From Octopus sinensis (taxonomy: Eukaryota), in contig NC_043013.1 in NCBI RefSeq assembly GCF_006345805.1, forward strand, positions 10,602,001 through 10,666,000: 64,000 nucleotides of DNA, given 5' to 3'. The position numbers were made by a program, and so were the translations under genes. The notes under the pieces were generated by a model. It did no database searches and was not told the DNA's origin. It was given only the letters and a program-made list of their open reading frames with translations. Of the stretch, positions 51,016-64,000 are shown piece by piece. The first letter of the stretch is position 1. The number at the start of each line of letters is the position of its first letter.

Positions 51016-52180
51016 CAGTTGCGGCCAAAATGTTCAGAACGGCATTGTTTTCGTCAGAAAAGTAGATATCATTTTTTATCAAAGTTGTTTTATATTCTAT
51101 AATTTTCACAGACAATAAATACGATAGTATTTGTTATTGCCTGAAATTTTGGTGTAATTTGAAAGGATAATACAAAAGTTATTTATGATTTAGTGATTTA
51201 CTTCAAAACCCATGGCGGCCAAAATGATCAGAACGGTTGCTTTTACTCCGTGTTTTAGTATACTTAACCGGCGAACTCTAATGTTTTGAATTTGTTTACC
51301 TGAGTGTCGTCTTACCTTTGCAACCGAACATGTGTTGTGATCTCAAGAAAAATAGCAAACGGTGCGTTCCAGTGATGAATCTAAGTTTATGCTATTTGGC
51401 TCAGATGGGAAAAGGTACGTTCATCGAAAAGTAGGTGAAAAATTGTCGCCTAAATGCCTTAAAACTAGTGTTAAATTCGGTTGAGGAAGTGTCATGGTTT
51501 GGAGGGTTGATATCTGGAGATGGTGTGGGACCCATCGGTGCGATTACATGAAAAGGTAAATGCAGGAGTTTATAAACAACTTGTAAAATATCATGTCTTG
51601 CCTGTGCTGAGAAATTCAACTAAGCGACCACCCATATTCATGCAGGACAATGCCCCATGTCTCAAGGCTAATGTGGTCATGAACTTCCTCAAGGCTGAAA
51701 AGGTTATTGTTATGGATTGGCCTGCTCAAAGCCCAGATCTCAATCCTAGTGTGGAATATTCTAGGAGAACGTTCGAAAGCCAGAAATCCTAAAACAACCG
51801 AGCAATTATGGAATGCCCTTCGGAAAGAATGGAATAAGATCACCCAGCAAGAAATTGAAAATTTAATTTCCTCATGCAGTCGAAGATGTCAGAATGTGAT
51901 TGAAGCTAAAGGGCTTCACACTAAATATTAAATAATTCCAGTATTCTGTCATTTTTGATTATTTTGTTATTTTTTCAACCGTTCTGATCATTTTGGCTGC
52001 CATGGGTTTTGCAGTAAATCACTAAATCATCCATAACTTTTGTATTATCCTCTCAAATTACACCAAAATCTCAGACAATAACAATTAATATTGTATTTAT
52101 TGTCTGTGAAAATTATAGAATCAAAAACAACTTTGATAAAAACTTATACCTACTTTTCTGACGAAAATAATGCCGTTCTG
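51016..52180 (+). mobile_element. Defective Tc1 (DD34E) transposon with long IR/DR-type TIRs
   Basis: TA|CAGTTG start; about 224-bp TIRs (51016-51239 / 51976-52180) with a duplicated ggccaaaatg.tcagaacgg motif; SDESKF, MQDNAPC and WPAQSPDLNP motifs; N-terminus deleted, catalytic E lost, frameshifts; ends ...GLHTKY* at 51931. Confidence 0.9.
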
Positions 52181-52182
52181 TA

Positions 52183-52214
<32 letters not shown>

Positions 52215-52576
52215 GTATATAGTATAAAGTATATATTATATACACGCACGTATGTACACATACACACATACTCACATATATTTTTTATATATATTACAAT
52301 GGAAAGAAGGACAAGTATTTGTAAGGTCATCAAATTATTTATAAAACATTTATGCAGAAGTGAGTATGAAGATATACACATTAAACAAAAACATGGGAAA
52401 ACCGAGAGCTCAAATTAATTCTTCATTAAGAGGAATACCATCTGAGATTTTATTCTTTAATGTTACGGATACAAGGAGCACATTCGTGTACGTTTCCGTA
52501 ATACTTCATCCTCGATGCGACACTGGATTTTACGTATCTGACCAAGTGAGAGCACTTTGTGAATGTGTCATTCCAG

Positions 52577-52646
52577 GTTATATCCATAATAACACTGAAG
52601 AGAAGGAGAAAACTGGAAGATTTCGTTGCCACTTGCAGAAATGGCC
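52577..52646 (+). CDS. Candidate 70-nt exon (VISIITLKRRRKLEDFVATCRNG or GYIHNNTEEKEKTGRFRCHLQKWP), product unknown
   Basis: Acceptor tcattccag|G and donor GCC|gtaagg; two frames open; no recognisable homology. Confidence 0.25.
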
Positions 52647-52922
52647 GTAAGGATCTAGCACCTATTGACAATCTGCTCATTTGCTCATTTATTTAATCAC
52701 CTGTTCCTATATGATTATATGATTCCACACCCTTGTTCTTGCAATTACCAACTCTTTCTCTTTAATATTCTGTACTACTACTAAATGTGTATGTATTCAT
52801 CTAATACATGGGAATAAATAAACATGCTAGAATTTTTACCGGCTGAAGTCTGTCGATTTTGTATCCTCACCATTTTCTTATTTGCCGTATGTATATGTCT
52901 GTGTGTGTGTGTATGTATTATA

Positions 52923-53002
<80 letters not shown>

Positions 53003-53027
53003 ATATATATATATATATATGTATATA

Positions 53028-53420
53028 GGCGCAGGAGTGACTGTGCATAGGCACAGGAGTGGCAGTGTAGTAAGTAGATTGCTTACCAACACATGGTTCT
53101 AGGTTCAGTCCTCTGCGTGGCACCTTGGGCAAGTGTCTTCTACTATAGCCTCGGGCCGACGAACCTTTCGAGTGGATTTGGTAGAGGGGAACTGAAAGAA
53201 GCCTGTAGTATATATATGTATATATATGTGTGTGCATGTGTTTGTGTGTCTGTGTTTGTCCCCCAACATCGCTTCACAACTTAGCAGTTCGGCAAAAGAG
53301 CCCGATAGAATAAGTACTAGGCTTACAAAGAATAAGTCCTGGGGTCGATTTACTCGACTAAAGGCGGTGTTCCAGCATGGCGCACTCAAATGACTGAAAG
53401 AAGTAAAAGAGTAAAAGAGA
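53028..53420 (+). mobile_element. SINE family O with a duplicated 5' end
   Basis: ggcgcaggagtgactgtg followed by ggcacaggagtggcagtg, then the normal body. Confidence 0.85.
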
Positions 53421-54269
53421 GAGCTTATGTATATACACACATACACACATAAAAGTAATTTCTCGCTTATTTTATATTGATTCCTACATTCTTAGGTATG
53501 ATAGTCAAAAACGGGGTTCGTACTAAGTGCCTCGATCACGCCCAATTGAACAACAATGGTGCGATGTATAGAGTTCTTGTGAAATGTTTCAGGAAAGAGT
53601 TTACCAAAATATCGTAAGAATAAAAGAAGCAAGTCTGAAATATTATCCTAAATTGAAACTTACAATGGTTGTAGCGAAAACATTTGATTTCACTTGACTC
53701 TTGCGGTTTAAGTTGTATTAATTCGGTGGGTGTCTACGACCACACGCATTCATATGTAATGTATATGTGTGTGCCTATATATATAATATATATATATGAT
53801 ATATATATAATATATATATTATATATTAGTATATATATATATATTGATATATATATTGTGTGTGTGTACTTGTATGTAAATATATCTATATATCTATCTT
53901 CTATCTATCTATCTATATATATATATATATATATATATGATATATATAGTGAGAGAAACGGACAGAGACGGATAAGCAGATGTAGATGTATATGTATGTA
54001 TGTATGCGTGTGTGCGTACGTGTATTCACATTAATGTCTCAACAAATGAATGAAATATCTTTTTTTTGTTTTTGTTTCATGTAAAATTGCCAAAATAGAT
54101 GGACCGGAATGTGATATGAAATTAAGTTCGCAAATATATATTTATATAATATGTGATGTATTTATGTATGTGCATGTATGGATATATATATATATTATAT
54201 ATGTAGTATATAATAATGTGTATATATAAGATATATATATTATGTATATATATATATATATATTATATA

Positions 54270-54320
<51 letters not shown>

Positions 54321-54539
54321 TGTCTCAACAAATAAAAGAATAAGTAATGAAGGCGGTGCTCCAGCATGGCAGGAGTTAATTGAAGGAAACAAATTAAAGA
54401 AAGAATAAAAGAAATATATATATATATATATATAGATATATATATATAATATATATTATATATATTATATTATTAAGATATATAATATGTGTGTGGGTGT
54501 GTGTGTTGTGTGTGTATATATGTATATACATATATGTAT

Positions 54540-54690
54540 GCCGGAGTAAACACATAAATGTGAAACAAGGTGGAAAAAAGAGTACTCAAATACCAGTGGT
54601 AGAGTAATATGCTTTATTTAAAGCAGCAGAAAATTCTACAAAACCTGTTACTCTGAGTTTCGCGTTGCCGTTCATCGGCAGTTTTTGATA
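54540..54690 (-). mobile_element. Family B Penelope-type repeat with a CCGATGA hammerhead (54640-54685)
   Basis: Reverse copy of 32794-32943. Confidence 0.7.
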
Positions 54691-57337
54691 TATATATGTA
54701 CAAGTCTTCTTGTAGCCATTCCTACCCCGCGGCCTTAGCCCTCTGTAATATTTTGGGAGTGTAAGATCAAATCGTTTGGGTGCTAAAAAGTGTTTTCTAT
54801 ATGAAGCATCTCTGGATCCAGCTGTTGATTCTCTCATTCTCTCACCTCACCCCATTCTCTTTGCATGTATGTATGTATGTATGTATGTATGTATGTATGT
54901 ATGTATGTATGTATGTATGTATGTATGTATGTATGTATGCATGTATATCTACACATACAGAGCTATATGCGCACAGCTTTACATACATTTATATACGAAT
55001 AAACAAGCATACACGTGTTTTGAAAAGTAAAACCAGAGATATCTCTCAGAAACAATACAAGTGTGTCTTAAATAAAATTTGTTTTCTACCGAAATATTTT
55101 GCCACATCCGGAGTTGTTATACACTTTGGTCGGTTTTGGCGCCCCACCACACTTTCAAAATAAGAATATGAGCTTCAGGCTTAGAATACACTGCATGAGG
55201 CAGAGATGTTGGTTCCCTCAAAGAGACAGTTGACCTTAAAATCCATAGAAACTATCAAAACATTGGCCCTATGTATTTGTGTTTGTAGATTTCTTTAATT
55301 TTTGTGCATCGCCAAAAATGATGGATTGCCTGGATAATTACATACCCATATTTTGATCTATTGCATACAAGCCTAATACAATCATGTGCTTGTCAGTACA
55401 TATACGTATATATGAATGTATGCATACACTCACACACTCTCAGTCACACACACATATATATACACAAAAACACACACACGCATACACGCACACACGCGCA
55501 CACATATATATATGTATGTATGTACGTATATATGTGTGTGTGTATTAAGAGGTGAATATTTTACCTTTTTGTAATAGTACTGTCGCTCTACGTATAACAT
55601 ATATGTATATGTATATTATATATATATATTATATATATATATACATATATATGCGTGTGTGTGTATATATATATATATATATGTAATATATATCATGCAT
55701 ATATATAATGTATATATTCATATATATATGTATATATATAATGTATGTATATATATATATATATACATACATATATATATATATATACATATATATGTAT
55801 ATATATAATATATATATGTATGTATATATGTGAATGTGTGGATATAGTACGTATGTATATTTGATAAGTGATTGTGCGAACACATTTATTTATTAATCCT
55901 CTTAATATGTGTGTGTGTGTGTGTACGTATATATCAATGTATGTATGTGTTTGTATGTATATGTGTGTGTACCTGTGTGTCTGAATGTGTATGTATGTGT
56001 GTGTAGAAACGAAAGGTGTTTAAGCATTTATTTATACATCACGAGCAATTAGCCGAATAAAACCACTTACTTTGAACGCCATCTTCATAGTCTGACATTG
56101 AAAGAGGTGGGTGAGTGGATTGGTCAGGGATTTGTAATTCCCCGGATAAAGAAAAAAATCCTTTCGTCTGTTGTTGTATTGTCACGTCCCATTACGTTCT
56201 GAGTTCAAATCCCACCCGTCTCTACTCTGACTCTATCCCTATGGGATGTGTGCCAGTGCAGTCGATATATTCCACAACATCCCGTTTTTAGAATATATTA
56301 ACATGTGCCCTACCGTTGTGCAGTGCCACTGTTGGCTCAAGTGACACTGTTTCTCGAAGTTAGAGCTGCCATCATATTCGACCAGGCATGAGAACCACAG
56401 AAATAGCCTACGAAAATCGTCTATAATTATTCCCTGCTACTGATTTCATAATCCTATTTATGCCTACAAAACAAATATTCTGGGATCTATGTAACGAACT
56501 ATAGAAAGAGAAACCCCAGGATGGCTCTAGTCCAGAGATCACAAATTTTAAAGAATTTCGACTCGTTTTATATTTATGATTATATAGTTGAATCGGGTCT
56601 TATTTAAATCATTATATATCGATTTTGATATTTGTCTACCTTGGAATACTGGAGGAGACTTTAACACTGCATAAAATTCATTGTCATTTATTTGTAGATT
56701 ATAGGTCTTTTCGATGTTAGTAACTGATCATCTCTTGATAACCTGGATATACATAGAGAGAAGTTACGTACAGCTTTAAACCTGAATATATCAACTTTGA
56801 TATAGATCTACCCTAGATTACGAGATGGTATGAAGACAATAAAATCCTATAGAATTAGTAGCGTTGACTTTGCTGCCCTCCTACCCCGTGCAGCAAACCC
56901 AAATGTGTAACCTTATATAAGAGTCACCGAGGGCGAACAGCCCCCATCGCCTTTTCTTGATACGTTATAAGTATAGATTATAGCTTTTAACTGATTACGT
57001 ATTGATCGAAAGCGGCGACCAGGCAAAGTGCTAATCGGTATTTTGCTCGTCTTTACGTTCTGAGTTCAAATTCCTTTCACGGTTTCGAGGTGATAAAATA
57101 AGTTAGGTACAGTTGTCTATGTCATCGTCCTACCCCAACCCAATATAAATGACTAAAATTTTAAGCCTTTTGCCATAGTAAAAGGAAGTATATATTGATC
57201 GAGATTTGTATACAAGTATCAAGTGTATATGATTTTGATATAAGTCTACCATGGAATATAAGAAACGAAATATAAATTGAGTAAAATCGTATATAATCCA
57301 TAGTTTCTAATAAGATAAACTGAAAATCTTCTAGAAG

Positions 57338-57422
57338 CAGTAATTCCTCGACTATCGCGTGTTACGTTCCAAAAACCCCCGTGATAGGTGAAAATCCGCG
57401 AAGTAGAAACAGTATCGTACTG
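57338..57422. mobile_element. Tigger/pogo-like MITE remnant
   Basis: cagtaattcctcgactatcgcg...gataggtgaaaatccgcga...actg|ta resembles Tigger-type MITE ends. Confidence 0.45.
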
Positions 57423-57473
57423 TATATCTATCTATCTATCTATATCTATATCTAAATCTATCTATCTATATAC

Positions 57474-57680
57474 TTTACTCTCTTTTACTTGTTTCAGTCA
57501 TTTGACTGCGGCCATGTGCTGGGCACCGCCTTTAGTCGAGCAAATCGACCCCGGGACTTATTCTTTGTAAGCCCAGTACTTATTCTATCGGTCTCTTTTG
57601 CCGAACCGCTAAGTGACGGGGACGTAAACACACCAGCATCGGTTGTCAAAGCCTGCTAGGGGGACAAAACACAGACACAA

Positions 57681-57715
<35 letters not shown>

Positions 57716-57877
57716 CATATATACGACGGGCTTATTTCAGTTTCCGTCTACAAATCCACTCACAAGGCTTTGTCGGTCCGAGCTATAGCGGAAGACACTT
57801 GCCAAGATGCCACGCAGTGGGACTGAACCCGGAACCATGTGGTTGGTAGGCAAGCTACTTACCACACAGCCACTCCT
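57474..57877 (-). mobile_element. SINE family O, full length
   Basis: Match to the family consensus. Confidence 0.9.
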
Positions 57878-58042
57878 ATAATTTTTATAATTTGTATATA
57901 TTTATTTTATTATAAATACAAAACAACACCACGGAGGAATCGACGTAAGCTTAAATAATAAACCACCATTTGGCGAGGGATTACTGTACATATTTTCTTT
58001 GTTGTCGCTGTTATTGTTTGAACTTAAGGTTAACCCCGAACA

Positions 58043-58420
58043 GTGGAGGCGCAATGGCCCAGCGGTTAGGGGAGCGGACTCGCGGTCGTAGGATCGCGGT
58101 TTCGATTCCCAGACCGGGCGTTGTGAGTGTTTATTGAGCGAAAACACCTAAAGCCACGAGGCTCCGGCAGGGAATGGTGGTGATCCCTGCTGTACTCTTC
58201 ACCACAACTTTCTCTCACTCACTACTTCCTGTTTTCTGTTGTACTGTATTTCAAAGGGCCGGCCTTGTCACTCTCTGTGTCACGCTGAATATCCCCGAGA
58301 ACTGCGTTAAGGGTACACGTGTCTGTGGAGTGCTAGCCCTTAACGTAATTCACGAGCAGGCTGTTCCGTTGATTCGGATCAACCGGAACCCTCGTCGTCG
58401 TAACCGACGGAGTGCTTCCA
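58043..58420 (+). mobile_element. Full-length SINE family C with TSD
   Basis: tRNA head, stem-loop tail cgtcg-taac-cgacg; 12-bp TSD taacc(c/t)gaaca-type at 58031-58042 and 58421-58432 (one mismatch). Confidence 0.9.
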
Positions 58421-58589
58421 TAACCCTGAACAAGCACGTCGTTGACCAAAAGCGATTTCACAATGACCACCCAGTTATATCATCTCTTCCTTGCTTTTGA
58501 GACGTTGGGTCAAGGGAATTAGATGGAGATTTAGCTAATGTTGATAAAAGGGCTAATGAATAAAGAGCAAACACGGACAACCTTTTTCG

Positions 58590-58690
58590 TGAAGCGTTAT
58601 CATCATAAGGCGGATACGTTACTACAAAAACTGAAGGCAATTTTTCGTTAGGTGTGCCATTCAAAATCGCCCGCGGGCCGCATATTGCCT
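58590..58690 (+). mobile_element. hAT-like end fragment (diverged direct copy at 60580-60675)
   Basis: ggtgtgccattcaaaat.gcccgcgg.ccgcatattgcc is shared; resembles Charlie-type subterminal motifs. Confidence 0.4.
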
Positions 58691-58758
58691 TTCTCTGTAT
58701 CATCACATGATTAGTTAAATCATATAGGCTCACACACAAGCACACATACACACATACA

Positions 58759-59940
58759 GGTTTCGGATGCGTAAAGGAGGGTTGGAATAATGACTGCCCT
58801 GTACACCATGAGTTTGGTTTCGGTTCGGATGTCCCGATCAGCAAAAACTCTTGTTCGAAGCTTGCCTAAAGCTGTTCCTGCACACTTCAGACGGTGTTGG
58901 ATTTCATCGCTGAGGTCTACCTTTGCTGACATATGGCTCCCAAGGTAGCGGGAATGGTTCACATTTTCCAGTGGAATTCCTTCGAGTTGAATCGATGGCG
59001 GGTTGTCAACACGAGCATTGGGAGGAGGTTGGTAGAGTAAGTGAGTCTTCTTGATGTTGATGCTTAGTCCAAGTTTAGTATATGCATGATGAAAAGCATT
59101 TAGGATCTGTTTGGGGTGATCCTCTCTGTAAGCTGCTACACTGTTGTCGTCGGCATATTGGAACTCTAGCAAGCTTCGCGCCATTGTCTTTGGCGTACTT
59201 TTGAGGCGAGCGAGGTTGAAAAGCTTGCCGTCCATTCTGTACGAGATCTCGATGCCAGGTGGAAGGTCATCTCGTATGATGTGCAACACTGTCGCGATAA
59301 AGATGGTAAAGAGAGTTGGAGCTATCACGCAGCCTTGCTTCACCCCGTATAGTCACCACCTGAAAACGCTCGAGAAATTTCACCAACGCTGTCTTCGGAA
59401 GATCCTTAACATCAGCTGGGAAGATAGAAGAACTAACGTCAGCGTACAAGAAGCAAAAACGACCAGCATCGAAGCCTATGTCATCAAAGGCCAACTAAGA
59501 TGGAGCGGCCAAGTGGTTAGTATGACTGACGAACGACTTCCCAAACAGATCTACTCCCAACTCAAAGACGGCAAGCGTACAAAAGGAGGCCAGAAGAAAC
59601 GCTACAAGGACTCCCTGAAAACGAACCTCAAAAAGTGTGACATCGACTTCACTAACTGAGAGGAAACGGCAAAAAAACAGACCACTCTGGAAAACCACCA
59701 TCCATGAGGGAACGGCGACTTTCGAGTCGAAAAGGTCTGCAGAGCTGGAGGAGAAAAGGGCGACGACGGAAGGAGCGCCAACAACAACACACGTGCGTCT
59801 CTCCCTTCCGGCACTAGATGTCCGCACTGCGACGATTCTTTTCATGCAAGAATTGGTCTTATCGGTCACCTACGGACTCACCAGTAAATTTGCGCGAAGA
59901 CCATCATCCTCGACCTTGAGGGATTGCCATTGATTGATTG
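58759..59940. mobile_element. 5'-truncated RTE-clade LINE with a 5' inversion: RT segment on minus (about 58757-59348), C-terminus on plus (59342-59887), (ATTG)n tail, TSD
   Basis: Minus: GVKQGCVIAPTLF...QYADD...YLGS...PTLLYASET; plus: TPYSHHLKTLEKFHQRCLRKIL...QLRWSG...CPHCDDSFHARIGLIGHLRTHQ*; TSD acacacataca at 58748-58758 and 59941-59951. Confidence 0.92.
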
Positions 59941-60281
59941 ACACACATACAAACATGCGCAAACACAGCGTATGTATGCATGCATAAGATATTTATTATT
60001 TTTACTGAGAGAGAGCAGTACACGCCATCTAAGTGACACTGGAGTACAAATATACGAAGCAAATGTACGTATGTGTATGTATGTATGTATCTATCTTTAT
60101 ATATATATATATATATATACATACATACACACATACACATATACACACACACACAAATAAATATATATATATATATATACATACACACACATATATACAC
60201 ACACACACATAAATAAATATATATAAATATATATATATGTATATATGTATATATGTATGTATATATATATATATATATATA

Positions 60282-60490
60282 TCTTTACTGCCCACAAGGG
60301 GCTAAACATACAGGGGACAAACATGGATAGACAAAGGGTTTAAGTCGATTACATCGACTCCGGTGCGAAACTGGTACCTTATTTATCAACCCCGAAAGGA
60401 TGAAAGGCAAAGTCGACCTCGGCAGAATTTGAACTCAGACAGACAAAATACCGCTAAGCATTTAGGCCGGTGCGCTAACGTTTCTGCCAT
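60282..60490 (-). mobile_element. SINE family M (tail A)
   Basis: Match to the family consensus. Confidence 0.85.
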
Positions 60491-61254
60491 CTATAAACAA
60501 TTATATTCGGATCGTACATTTTCAGGTGTACCTCTATGTAAATACATTTCAAGGCCGGATAAAGACCCATAGAGATCATCATAAGGCGAGTCACGTTAGT
60601 ACAAAAGCTGAAGACAAATTCTCGTCGGGTGTGCCATTCAAAATTGCCCGCGGACCGCATATTGCCGACGATACAGAGAGAGATAGAGTTTTGCTTAGAA
60701 GATTTTGGCCAAAGATTGCCGAAGATTTGTAATTCAAAATATAAATAATAATGAAGCATATAGAAAAAATTTATTTTCTAAAGTGAAACAAAACTAAAAA
60801 TAAGATAGAAAATAATGTTTATTTTGTATAATTCTATTTTATTTATATTTGAAAAGTTTTTTTTCTACATTTTGTTAATTGCGAAATCATTGATCATGTG
60901 CGTATATAGACGTGTGTATGAACCCTTTTTGTGCGCCTGTGTGTGCGAGCGTGTATGCGGGTGTGTATATGTTTTTTTGGCGAATGTATGGGTGACGATG
61001 TGTGTGTTTTAAGTGGGGGTGAATGAGTATATACATATAGGCGCATGTACGTGGGTGTGCGGGCGCTCATGTGTATGTATGGACATGCGCGCTTACAGAT
61101 TACTATGAACATTTTTACTCCCTTACCTTTACTCCCTCCCCTTAATTAGGGATCATTCTAATAGCTCTTTTGACTTAATAACGGTCAGTCACACAGTAAT
61201 TTCCCTTTGTTTTAACGGTCATTTTCATAGATTTTTTTCGATGACCCGATACAT

Positions 61255-61415
61255 GAAAAGATGCCGGCGTGGGTTTCCACCCCGAAATCAGTAACTCGGA
61301 GTTTTATCATGGCTACCAAGTAATTGTCACATATTATTTTTACAGATAAATTCCTCTATTTACATAATATCAAGGTCTCTTTCATTCTATTGTTGTCTTA
61401 TCATTTCTATCAATA
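61255..61415 (+). mobile_element. Penelope-type terminal repeat family D
   Basis: Homologous to 17056-17212; degenerate hammerhead-like 5' part. Confidence 0.55.
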
Positions 61416-61959
61416 TATATATACAAAGAGAAAGAAAGGGAGATGCGGGGAGAGGGGGAGGAGAGGAAGAAATTTCTATGCATAAATACGTTATTAAGAA
61501 AATAAATTAACTCTAATCATTAGACCATTTCCCCCAAAATCTCAACAAAAGTGTATGCAAATACAAAGGTCTTGCGACAGACTCCAGGCTCCAGGATCCC
61601 GACCCACGCGCACAAAGGTACACAAATACAAGCAGAAAAAGAAAAGATTTGTACCTAATATTTGACATAATTAATATCATAATTATTTTAGTAAAGGTCA
61701 CAAGTTTTATACCGCTATTTGTTTTTAGTTGCATTGAGAAATGAAACAAAGCTATCTATCTCTATATCTGTGAAACTCTTTTTCCGTTGAATATAACAGT
61801 TTAGGCAATTACAATGTGGTGAATGCTTTTGATTGTAGATTGGAAAGATTTTAAATTGAAGAAACAAAGGGCTTAGAGAACACTCGGCCTTTGAATGCAT
61901 TCACGCACGGATGTATGACCAGGAAGACATACACATATAGATATATATACATTCATAAA

Positions 61960-62155
61960 AAAGGCGGCGAGCGTATTTCGTCTGCCGTGACGTTCTGAGT
62001 TCAAATTCCGCCGAGGTCGACTTTGCCTTTCATCGTTTCGGGGTCGATAAATTAAGTACCAGTTACGCACTGGGGTCGATGTTATCGACTTAATCTATTT
62101 GTCTGTTCTTGTTTGTCCTCTCTATGCTTAGCCCCTTGTGGGTAATAAAGAAACA
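61960..62155 (+). mobile_element. SINE family M (tail A), head partly deleted
   Basis: aaggcggcgag|cgtatttcgtctgccg... Confidence 0.85.
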
Positions 62156-62454
62156 TTATCTATATATATAGAGAGAGAGATATTTAATATATATATATAT
62201 ATATATATATATGTTCTATTCTAATTATATATATAATATTATATAAATATATATATAATATATATATATATATAGATATTACAATATATATATGTAATGT
62301 ATATATGTAATGTAGCAATTTGCAACAACCAATAATTAACGCAACCAACTTCTACATGTTACTTTTGACAATCTTTTTCCAAAGAGTGAAACCGGTAAAG
62401 TAAATAAATATCTTTTAAATTGCATTTTCAAACCTTCTTTCGTGTATATATATA

Positions 62455-62491
<37 letters not shown>

Positions 62492-62494
<3 letters not shown>

Positions 62495-62660
62495 TCTTTT
62501 ACTCTTTTATTTGCTTCAGTCATTTTTCTGCGGCCATGCTAGAGCACCGCCTTTAGTCGAGCAAATTAACCTCAAAACTCATTCTTTCTAAGCCTAGTAC
62601 TTATTCTATCAGTCTCTTAGGAGATACGGGAACGTAAACACACTAACATCTGTTGGTCAA
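62492..62660 (-). mobile_element. SINE family O, 3' half
   Basis: tactcttttac...ccatgctagagcaccgcctttagtcgagcaaat. Confidence 0.75.
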
Positions 62661-62810
62661 CATACTCCACACGGACACACCACACATATCCATATAATAT
62701 TTAAACTTATTTATTATATATGTATTATAATATACTATATATATATATATACATATTTGTATTATATATATAAATATAACATAATACAAATATATATATA
62801 TATTATATAT

Positions 62811-62843
<33 letters not shown>

Positions 62844-63179
62844 TATATTATATATATATATATATAATATGATATAACTACATATCTAATAAAATATATA
62901 TAATACAAATATATATATATATATATATCTAATTATCAATTTACTTTTACCTACTTTAAAAGCCAAAAGCTATAGCAACTTAAAATTTATTGCAGGCTGT
63001 GGGTAAGTTTTAAAACATGCACATGTGGTACTATTCTGTTGTCTACATTATCTCTTCGTCCAGAAGATCACCAAGGCAACAATATATGTGTATATTCCAT
63101 CTTTCATTTACTATATATATCTCACTAAGAAGCGGTGAATAGTACAGGATTTTTGCCTCGAGTCATATATTTTTTCCTG

Positions 63180-63563
63180 CTCCAGGCACAAGGCCCAAAA
63201 TTTGGGAAGAGAGTGCCAGTCGATTAGATCGACCCCAGTACGCAACAGGTAATTAATTTATCAACCCCAAGAGGATGAAAGGCAAAGTCGACCTCGGCGG
63301 AATTTGAACTCAGAACGTAAAGTCAGACGAAATACCTATTTTTTACTACGCACAAGGGGATAAACACAGAGAGGACAAACAAGGACAGACAAACGGATTA
63401 AGTCGATTATATCGACCCTAGTGCGTAACTGGTACTTATTTAATCGACCCCGAATGGATGAAAGGCAAAGTCGACCTCGGCGGAATTTGAACTCAGAACA
63501 TAAAGACAGACGAAATACCACTAAGCATTTCGTCCGGCGTGCTAGCGATTCTGCCAGCTCGCC
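63180..63563 (-). mobile_element. SINE family M dimer
   Basis: Two tandem cores; junction gacgaaatac|ctattt is the same as at 19.39 kb. Confidence 0.85.
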
Positions 63564-63772
63564 TCGAGTCAAATATAACATACTACAACAAATCATTGTT
63601 TACAGAGTCGGCGAAAATGGATTCTGGACCGTCTAGTTTGTGTTGGTAACTGAGGAAAGTGTCACGTAATTGGTGCATTTCCTATTATATATAATGCACG
63701 ACTGAAACGTACGTATTAAATTATTTCAATATACCGCGATTTGTTTCGATTTCCATATTACTACCTAAATAT

Positions 63773-63833
<61 letters not shown>

Positions 63834-64000
63834 GCCTCCTTAATACCTTTGTCCGTCTTTTTTCTCTCTTCTCCCTCTCTTTAATTCCTTTGCCCCTTTT
63901 TTCTCTCTGTTCTCTTCTCACGTGACCGCCGGTCAACTATAGCCTTTCGGCTTCTGACCAGTGCCATAACAACACCAATACTTTCGTCTGCCGTAAGGCA

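Noticed and set aside
58045-58120. SINE heads as functional tRNA genes (also 1250-1322 and 32200-32275)
   Set aside because: They continue into SINE bodies with TSDs and have imperfect cloverleaves
59881-59940. This RTE as the direct partner LINE of SINE family C
   Set aside because: Both 3' ends have a stem-loop followed by tgc..cca, but sequence identity is too low by eye to claim a shared tail

Overview
This is AT-rich eukaryotic genomic DNA saturated with microsatellites ((TA)n, (CA)n, (TACA)n, (TAGA)n, (AAT)n, (GGT)n) and tRNA-derived SINEs. The repeat families match those I recognise from Octopus/coleoid cephalopod genomes (inference from memory, no database search). No complete host gene, rRNA, functional tRNA or CRISPR array can be supported, and almost all listed ORFs are microsatellite or SINE translations. 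The window is essentially a transposable-element fossil bed. It holds dozens of SINE copies from about four families; non-LTR retroelement fragments (RTE, R4/Dong-like and another RLE-type 3' end, an R2-like three-zinc-finger N-terminus, a gag-like ORF1); Tc1, mariner, hAT and Tigger-like DNA elements; palindromic MITEs; and three non-autonomous Helitrons. The most striking unexplained layer is a set of Penelope-type terminal repeats carrying minimal type I hammerhead ribozyme folds from about six unrelated families. Several have non-canonical cores: a G3:C8 compensatory swap in one family and U4C (CCGA) in two others. In one Penelope the pseudo-LTR also contains a tRNA-like Pol III head upstream of the hammerhead. 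A textbook twin-priming (5' inversion) RTE insertion with TSD and junction microhomology is also present. Coordinates were counted by hand and may be off by a few bases.
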